A stretch of 63,574 bases of DNA, the filler included, from Acidimicrobiia bacterium (GTDB lineage Bacteria > Actinomycetota > Acidimicrobiia > Spongiisociales > SHLN01), in the NCBI GenBank assembly GCA_041619515.1. It is 6 parts of 6 records of this genome, joined end to end, with 100 filler letters (N's around TTAATTAATTAA, not from the genome) between each part and the next. Parts side by side here need not be neighbours in the genome. Positions count along the whole stretch, not along the records: positions 54,781 to 63,574 come from JBFKDW010000096.1; 5 more parts are not named here. One strand, 5' to 3'. Position numbers and translations under genes: made by a program. Below, piece after piece: positions 57,943 through 63,574 of this stretch (position 1 is the first letter of the stretch; every line of letters begins with the position of its first letter). Below the pieces are notes generated by a model. It was not told the DNA's origin. It ran no database searches and saw nothing but the letters and a program-made list of their open reading frames with translations.

Positions 57943-58536
57943 ATGTTTGAACCGCCGGTGCAGCGGCTCATCGACGAGCTGGCTCGCCTCCCCGGCATCG
58001 GACGCAAGAGCGCCCAGCGGCTGGCCTTCCATATCCTCAACGCAGACGAGGCCGATGCCGAGCGCCTGGCACACGCCATCCTCGACATGCGAAGCCAGAC
58101 CCGGCTCTGCTCGCGCTGTTTCAACGTTTCGGCCGGTGATGAGTGCACCATCTGCCTCGACACCCGGAGGGACACGACGGTCCTGTGCGTCGTGGAACGC
58201 GCCCAGGACATCCAGGTCATGGAGCGAACCCACGAGTTCGGCGGCCGCTACCACGTGCTGGGAGGGTCGATCTCGCCCATCGCCGGCATCGGCCCCGACC
58301 AGCTCCACTTCCGCGAGCTGTTGGCCCGGATGGAACCGGAGGGCATCCAAGAGGTCATCGCCGCCACCAACCCCACCGTGGAAGGCGACGCCACCGCCCT
58401 CTACATCGCCAGGGTGCTGAAGCCGCTCGGTGTCAAGGTCACCCGCCTGGCCAGCGGCCTCCCCGTCGGCGGCGACCTCGACTACGCCGACGAGGTCACC
58501 CTCGGTCGGGCACTCGTGGGCCGTCAGGAGCTGTAA
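57943..58536 (+). CDS. recR: Recombination mediator RecR
   Basis: [14 protein letters not shown]4 zinc finger, YHVLGG, EGDATA and LDYAD motifs. Confidence 0.96.
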   Translation: MFEPPVQRLIDELARLPGIGRKSAQRLAFHILNADEADAERLAHAILDMRSQTRLCSRCFNVSAGDECTICLDTRRDTTVLCVVERAQDIQVMERTHEFGGRYHVLGGSISPIAGIGPDQLHFRELLARMEPEGIQEVIAATNPTVEGDATALYIARVLKPLGVKVTRLASGLPVGGDLDYADEVTLGRALVGRQEL

Positions 58537-58574
58537 GCAGGAATCCCTCTCCCCCGGCGTCAGCCGGGTCAGCC

Positions 58575-58602
58575 TTGCGAGTTTTACAGAGCGAGGTAAC
58601 GT
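58575..58602 (+). promoter_or_regulatory. Possible housekeeping-sigma promoter for the GH-GT2 operon
   Basis: TTGCGA-N16-TAACGT. Confidence 0.35.
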
Positions 58603-58644
58603 ACACCACGATAAGTGAGAATTCGGGGACGCAGACGGGGAAAC

Positions 58645-61023
58645 ATGGGCCGAGTGACCCGCGATGGGAGGCATCTGAGCCGGGAGGGGGCACCCTTCCG
58701 GGTCAAGGGTGTCACCTATGGTGGCTTCGCCCGCCGGCGCGACGGGTTCCAGTTCCCCGAGCGACGGCAGATCACGGCCGACTTGGTCGAAATCGCCCGG
58801 GCCGGTCTCAACACGGTCCGCACCTACACCTTGCCCCCACCCGATCTGCTCGACACCGCCGAAGAGGCGGGCCTACAGCTCATCGTGGGCCTTCACTACC
58901 ACGACTGGCGCATGGAGCCGACCGCCGGCCGGGGGGCGACCCGGCGTATCCGCGCCGCCGGACGCGAGAGCGTCGCCAAGGCCATGGACACCCTCGCCGG
59001 ACGGGAGTCGGTGCTGGCCATCGCCATCGGCAACGAGGTCCCGGTCGACCTCGTCCGGTTGCACGGGGCCGGCTCCGTGGAAGACGTGCTCTCGGATTTG
59101 GTGGCTGAGGTCCACGCGGCCGATCCGGGGATGCTGGCAACCTACGTGAACTTCCCGACCACCGAGTTCCTCGAGGTCGAAGGCCAGGACCTGGCGTGTT
59201 TCAACATCTTCCTCGAACAACCTGCCGAGCTTGCGAAATATCTGGCCCACCTCCAGGTGGTGAGCGGAGAGCGTCCGTTGCTCGTGACCGAGCTCGGGTT
59301 GGCCGGCGACGTGCACGGAGAGTCCGCTCAGGCCGAATCCCTTCGATGGCAACTGCGGGAAGTCGACGAAGCAGGTTGTGCCGGGGCGACGGTGTTCTCC
59401 TGGACCGACGAGTGGGCGGTCAACGACGAGCCGGTGACCGGGTGGGGGTTCGGTCTCGTCACCGAGGACCGTCGGCCCAAGCCGGCGTTGACGGTGGTGT
59501 CCGAATGGGCGCAGTCGCGCGTCTCGGATCTCCGGGACGGGTGGCCGAGCATCTCAGTCATAGTGTGCGCCTACAACGAAGAACCGACCATCGAAGAGTG
59601 CCTGGCGTCCTTGGAGGCCACCGATTACCCGAATCTCGAGGTGATCGTCTGCGACGACGGTTCCACCGATCGGACCCTGGAGCTCGCCCGCCGGTTCCCG
59701 TTCAAAGTTCTCGAGCTCGAGCACGGTGGTCTCAGCCGGGCCCGCAACGCCGGCCTGGAGGCGGCGACCGGCGAGTTCGTTGCCTACCTCGACGCCGACG
59801 CCGCCTGCCACCCGGAATGGCCGTACCACCTGGCGCTCTCCTTCGAAGATGGCGTTGCCGTGACCGGCGGCCCGAACATCCCATTCGACGATGCCGGCCT
59901 GGTGGAGCGAGCCGTCGCCCTGTCTCCGGGCGGGCCGGTGGAGGTGCTCGTGAGCCCGAGTCGCGCCGAGCACGTCCCTGGCTGCAATATGGCGTTCCGG
60001 AAAGCGCATTTGGAGCGGATCGGCGGGTTCAACCCGGCCTATACGTCGGCCGGAGATGATGTCGACGTGTGCTGGAAGTTGCTCGATGCGGGTGAGGAAA
60101 TCGGGTTCGCGGCGGCAGCCCAGGTCACCCACCATCGACGCAACACCGTGCGCGGCTACCTCAGCCAGCAGCGGGGATACGGCCGGGCCGAGCGCATGCT
60201 GTCCGGTCCCCACCGGCACCGCTTCAACCTCCTCGGCCAGGCCCGCTGGCTCGGTTTCCTCTACGGCGGGTCCCGGATTCTTCCCTCACTGTTCAAGCCG
60301 GTCATCTACAGCGGCTACGCCGGCATGGCCCCGTTCCAGCCCATCACCCGCCGCCGGGCGGAAGCGGCCGGGGCCTGGATCACCGCCCACCTGCCGCTGG
60401 CGCTGCCGATCGGCCTGTTGGCGGTGCCGCTTGCGCTCTCCTCGCCCTGGTGGCTGGCGGTCCCGGCGGTGCTGACGGTGTTGGCGGTGATCTACGGGAC
60501 GGCGGTGGCGGTGGCGTTGCCGGTTCCACACCGCGAGGCCACCCCGGTCCGGCTGCGAGCGGTGGTGGGAGCCCTCCACGTCGCCCAACCCATCGCCCGG
60601 TTGTGGGGCCGCATTCGCGGCCGGCCGGCCGGTCCTCCCACGTTGAGCATTCCTACCTGGACCGGTGATCGCTTCGAGTGGCTCACCAGCCTCCGGGCGG
60701 CCCTGCTCAGCGAGGGCTGCTCGGTGAGCATCGCCGAGCCGGGCGTACCCTGGGACCTCCGTATCATCTGCGGTCCGATGGCAATCGCACACCTCACAAC
60801 CGCCGTGGCATGGCAATGGGAGCCCCGCTACCGGATCGACTACCGGGTCCGGCCGATTGTGATGTTGCTGGCTGTGGTCGGAGTCGTGGCGACGGTGACG
60901 GTTTCGCCGTGGTTCCTCGCGCCGCTGATCCTGGCCGGGGCGCCGCTCGGGGTTGAGATCCTCCATGTGCGTCGCCGCATTCACCGCGCCATCGACCGTA
61001 CAACCCACGCCTCGCACCCATGA
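58645..61023 (+). CDS. Clan GH-A glycoside hydrolase TIM barrel fused to a GT2 glycosyltransferase with C-terminal TMs
   Basis: KGVTYG, NTVRTY, IGNE, VTELG and FSWTD, then SVIVCAYNE, DDGSTD, LDAD, GCNM, GDDVD and QQRGYG motifs. Confidence 0.85.
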   Translation: MGRVTRDGRHLSREGAPFRVKGVTYGGFARRRDGFQFPERRQITADLVEIARAGLNTVRTYTLPPPDLLDTAEEAGLQLIVGLHYHDWRMEPTAGRGATRRIRAAGRESVAKAMDTLAGRESVLAIAIGNEVPVDLVRLHGAGSVEDVLSDLVAEVHAADPGMLATYVNFPTTEFLEVEGQDLACFNIFLEQPAELAKYLAHLQVVSGERPLLVTELGLAGDVHGESAQAESLRWQLREVDEAGCAGATVFSWTDEWAVNDEPVTGWGFGLVTEDRRPKPALTVVSEWAQSRVSDLRDGWPSISVIVCAYNEEPTIEECLASLEATDYPNLEVIVCDDGSTDRTLELARRFPFKVLELEHGGLSRARNAGLEAATGEFVAYLDADAACHPEWPYHLALSFEDGVAVTGGPNIPFDDAGLVERAVALSPGGPVEVLVSPSRAEHVPGCNMAFRKAHLERIGGFNPAYTSAGDDVDVCWKLLDAGEEIGFAAAAQVTHHRRNTVRGYLSQQRGYGRAERMLSGPHRHRFNLLGQARWLGFLYGGSRILPSLFKPVIYSGYAGMAPFQPITRRRAEAAGAWITAHLPLALPIGLLAVPLALSSPWWLAVPAVLTVLAVIYGTAVAVALPVPHREATPVRLRAVVGALHVAQPIARLWGRIRGRPAGPPTLSIPTWTGDRFEWLTSLRAALLSEGCSVSIAEPGVPWDLRIICGPMAIAHLTTAVAWQWEPRYRIDYRVRPIVMLLAVVGVVATVTVSPWFLAPLILAGAPLGVEILHVRRRIHRAIDRTTHASHP

Positions 61024-62936
61024 GCGGGCGCAATGGCCGGCGCCGCAGCCATTCCGGCGGTTTTCGGTGGGAGGCACCGATCGCCATTCGGCGCGGCCAG
61101 CGCCGGGCCAACAAGCCAGACAATGAATTGGACCCTTCAGATAGCAGCGCAGGACACAAGGTGTCTGGGCAGCAAGCAAAGGCCAATTCGGACTGGGTTC
61201 TCCTTTGGAGGATCTTCGGGGTGGCGCGAGCCTTCCGCTGGCGGATCGCCCTGCTGCTGCTGGTCAGTCTGTTGGCTACGCCTCTGACCCTACTGGCGCC
61301 CGTGCCACTGAAGATCGCTGTCGACAGCGTGCTCGGCTCGGATCCATTGCCGGGATTCCTCGCGCCTCTTGTTCCTGGCTTCTTGCAGTCGAGCGAGTTC
61401 CGTCTGCTCATCGTCGCCGCGGTGATGCAGGTGCTGGTCGTTCTGCTCATCCAAGTTCAGGCCCAGGGCCTGTACCTGCTCCAGGTGGCGACAGGGGAAC
61501 GGCTCACCCTCGGCTTTCAGGCCCGACTCCTCGATCACGCCCAGAGGCTGTCGTTCTCGTTTCACGACAAGCGAGGCACGGCGGACTCGATCTACCGGAT
61601 CCAGTACGACGCTCCGTCGATCCAGTGGGTAGCCGTCTACAGCTTGATCCCCTTGCTCACGGCGTTCCTCACGCTGGGATCGATGGTGGTCGTCATATTT
61701 GCCATCGATCGGCAGCTTGCCCTTGTCGCCCTCGCCATTTCACCGTTCCTTTACCTATCAGCCCGCACGTTTTCTCTCAGGATGCGGGGCCAATACCGCG
61801 ACGCCAAGAAAGTTCAGAGCGACGCCCTCAAGGTGGTCCAGGAGGTGCTCACCTCCTTCCGAGTGGTGAAGGCTTTTGGCCGGGAGGAAGACGAGACGCA
61901 GCGTTTTGTTCGGCAGTCCGCACTTGGCGTGCGGGCCCGGCTGCGACTGGCGGTTGCCGAGGGCGCGTTCGGCATCCTCGTCAACACGATCACTGCCACC
62001 GGCGCCGCGCTGGTCTTGTTCATCGGGATCAGAAGTGTCCAGGCCGAGACGTTGACCCTTGGAAGCCTCCTGCTTGTGCTGTCGTACCTAGGGCAGCTCT
62101 ACGGACCACTCAAGTCGATCAGCAGCCAGCTGCTCGGGCTCCAGAACCACCTGGCGAGCGCACAGAGAGCCTTTGAGTTGGTCGATGAGGTTCCCCATGT
62201 GGTCGAGCTTCCCGACGCGAAGCAGATCCGCCGGGCAGCCGGGAGTATCGCCGTTGAGGACGTCTCATTCACCTATGACGGTGAGACCATGGTTCTCGAC
62301 GACGTGTCACTGGTGATTGCGCCTGGATCACGGATCGGCATCGCCGGACGGACCGGTGCGGGCAAGACGACCCTGGTTTCGCTTCTCACGCGTTTCTACG
62401 ATCCGACCCGTGGGCTGATCCGTCTCGACGGTGTCGACCTGAAGGAGTACAAGCTCGACGATCTTCGCCGCCAATTCGGGATCGTGCTGCAAGAGCCGCT
62501 GCTGTTCTCCACGACGATCGGTGACAACATTGCCTATGCCCGCCCAGACGCCGATTTCGACGACGTGGTCGCAGCGGCCAAAGCCGCGGAAGCACATGGG
62601 TTCATTTCCAAGCTCCCGGACGGGTATGGCACGCTTGTCGGCGAACGCGGAATGAGTCTCTCAGGGGGCGAGCGCCAGCGAATCTCCCTTGCGCGGGCGT
62701 TCCTGAAGGATGCTCCGATTCTCATCCTCGATGAGCCCACGAGCTCGGTCGACACCGCAACCGAGGCCAGCATCATGGAGGCGATGGATCGCTTGATGGC
62801 CGGTCGTACCACCCTCATGATCGCTCACCGCTTGAGCACCCTTGAGGGTTGTGACGCCGTCGTCCAGATCGAGGCCGGGCGACTTGCGAATACCGATCTT
62901 GGCTGGAGTTCCGACGCCGTTGCGAGCACCTCATGA
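61020..62936 (+). CDS. ABC exporter, fused permease-ATPase (MsbA/NdvA-like)
   Basis: TM domain, GRTGAGKTT, LSGGERQR, DEPTSS and IAHR motifs; exact start uncertain. Confidence 0.9.
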   Translation: MSGRNGRRRSHSGGFRWEAPIAIRRGQRRANKPDNELDPSDSSAGHKVSGQQAKANSDWVLLWRIFGVARAFRWRIALLLLVSLLATPLTLLAPVPLKIAVDSVLGSDPLPGFLAPLVPGFLQSSEFRLLIVAAVMQVLVVLLIQVQAQGLYLLQVATGERLTLGFQARLLDHAQRLSFSFHDKRGTADSIYRIQYDAPSIQWVAVYSLIPLLTAFLTLGSMVVVIFAIDRQLALVALAISPFLYLSARTFSLRMRGQYRDAKKVQSDALKVVQEVLTSFRVVKAFGREEDETQRFVRQSALGVRARLRLAVAEGAFGILVNTITATGAALVLFIGIRSVQAETLTLGSLLLVLSYLGQLYGPLKSISSQLLGLQNHLASAQRAFELVDEVPHVVELPDAKQIRRAAGSIAVEDVSFTYDGETMVLDDVSLVIAPGSRIGIAGRTGAGKTTLVSLLTRFYDPTRGLIRLDGVDLKEYKLDDLRRQFGIVLQEPLLFSTTIGDNIAYARPDADFDDVVAAAKAAEAHGFISKLPDGYGTLVGERGMSLSGGERQRISLARAFLKDAPILILDEPTSSVDTATEASIMEAMDRLMAGRTTLMIAHRLSTLEGCDAVVQIEAGRLANTDLGWSSDAVASTS

Positions 62937-63574
62937 GACTGGAGCTGGATTACCCGCCGCTTGATCGTGGCGTAGTCGTCGTCATGGGATATCTAGGGCA
63001 CTCCCCCTACGGAGGTATGACCTGGCAAGTGCTGCACCATATGGGCGGGTTTCGGAAACTTGGATTCGACGTCTGGTATGTCGAGGACTCGGACGCGCCT
63101 ATGCGCGATCCTGAGACATTGGGCTCAACCATGGAAGTGTCGAGGAACATCTCGTATCTTCGCCACCAGATGGAAGCGATCGGTTTGCCCGACCGCTGGG
63201 CTATACGCTTCCCTGGTCAAGATCACGTCTTCGGTCACCTTGACCGCGCGGGTCTCGAGTCGCTGTATTTGTCGGCTGATGCCGTGTTCAACCTATGTGG
63301 ATCCCATCATTTGCTCCCGCGCCATGAGGCAGCCGACAGGCTCGTGTTGTTGGAAACAGACCCTCCCTTCAATCAGATTGAAGTGGATAAAGGCAACTGG
63401 TACATAGCCGGCGAACTGGCCAAGTACGACGTCCTCTTCACCTACGCCACCAATCTGGGCCAGCCGGACTGCCCGGTCCCAAGCGGAAGCCTCGACTGGC
63501 GAACCTCCCGCCCTCCGGTGGTGGTCGACTGGTGGGATGGTCTCCAAGCCCCGGCCGACGGCGCGCTCACGACC
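62933..63574 (+). CDS. Putative GT-B-fold glycosyltransferase-like protein, 3'-truncated (not in the ORF track)
   Basis: ATGA overlap; frame open to the window end: ..VVMGYLGHSPYGGMTWQVLHHMGGFRKLGFDVWYVED..ADAVFNLCG..ETDP.. Confidence 0.7.
   Translation, partial: MRLELDYPPLDRGVVVVMGYLGHSPYGGMTWQVLHHMGGFRKLGFDVWYVEDSDAPMRDPETLGSTMEVSRNISYLRHQMEAIGLPDRWAIRFPGQDHVFGHLDRAGLESLYLSADAVFNLCGSHHLLPRHEAADRLVLLETDPPFNQIEVDKGNWYIAGELAKYDVLFTYATNLGQPDCPVPSGSLDWRTSRPPVVVDWWDGLQAPADGALTT

Overview
This GC-rich bacterial window is six unrelated contigs joined by 100-bp N44-TTAATTAATTAA-N44 linkers (gaps at 11298, 22625, 33779, 44297 and 54681). The four internal contigs decrease in length (11227, 11054, 10418, 10284 bp), as expected for a concatenated draft genome or MAG. 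Gene content and order (radA-disA, coaE-uvrB, tRNA-Gly-dcd, dnaX-ybaB-recR, Rv1747-like FHA-ABC, many leaderless starts) point to an actinobacterium, probably Acidimicrobiia (inference). Contig 1: ceramidase-like protein, phhA, a metallophosphoesterase/ParB-like pair, cytochrome c, ACC-synthase-like aminotransferase, FHA-ABC transporter, DUF6777-like protein and a truncated ppdK. Contig 2: an amino-acid catabolic cluster with a Liv-type ABC transporter. Contig 3: mixed enzymes (kinase-methyltransferase fusion, iodotyrosine-deiodinase-like), dcd and tRNA-Gly. Contig 4: clpC, queuosine and nucleoside transport, radA-disA and a KKPAA repeat protein. Contig 5: glycosylation genes, uvrB, coaE, a two-component system and the end of a Tad/Flp pilus locus. 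Contig 6: rhomboid, dnaX-ybaB-recR and a glycoside hydrolase-GT2 fusion/ABC exporter/GT operon. The most notable unannotated signals are a structured candidate sRNA behind a sigma28-type promoter (~29008-29158), a candidate sRNA behind a perfect Rex operator (~55394-55562), a palindromic repeat that supplies the C-termini and stop codons of both dcd and dnaX, and the GH-GT2/ABC glycan operon. All family calls come from motif recognition, not database searches.
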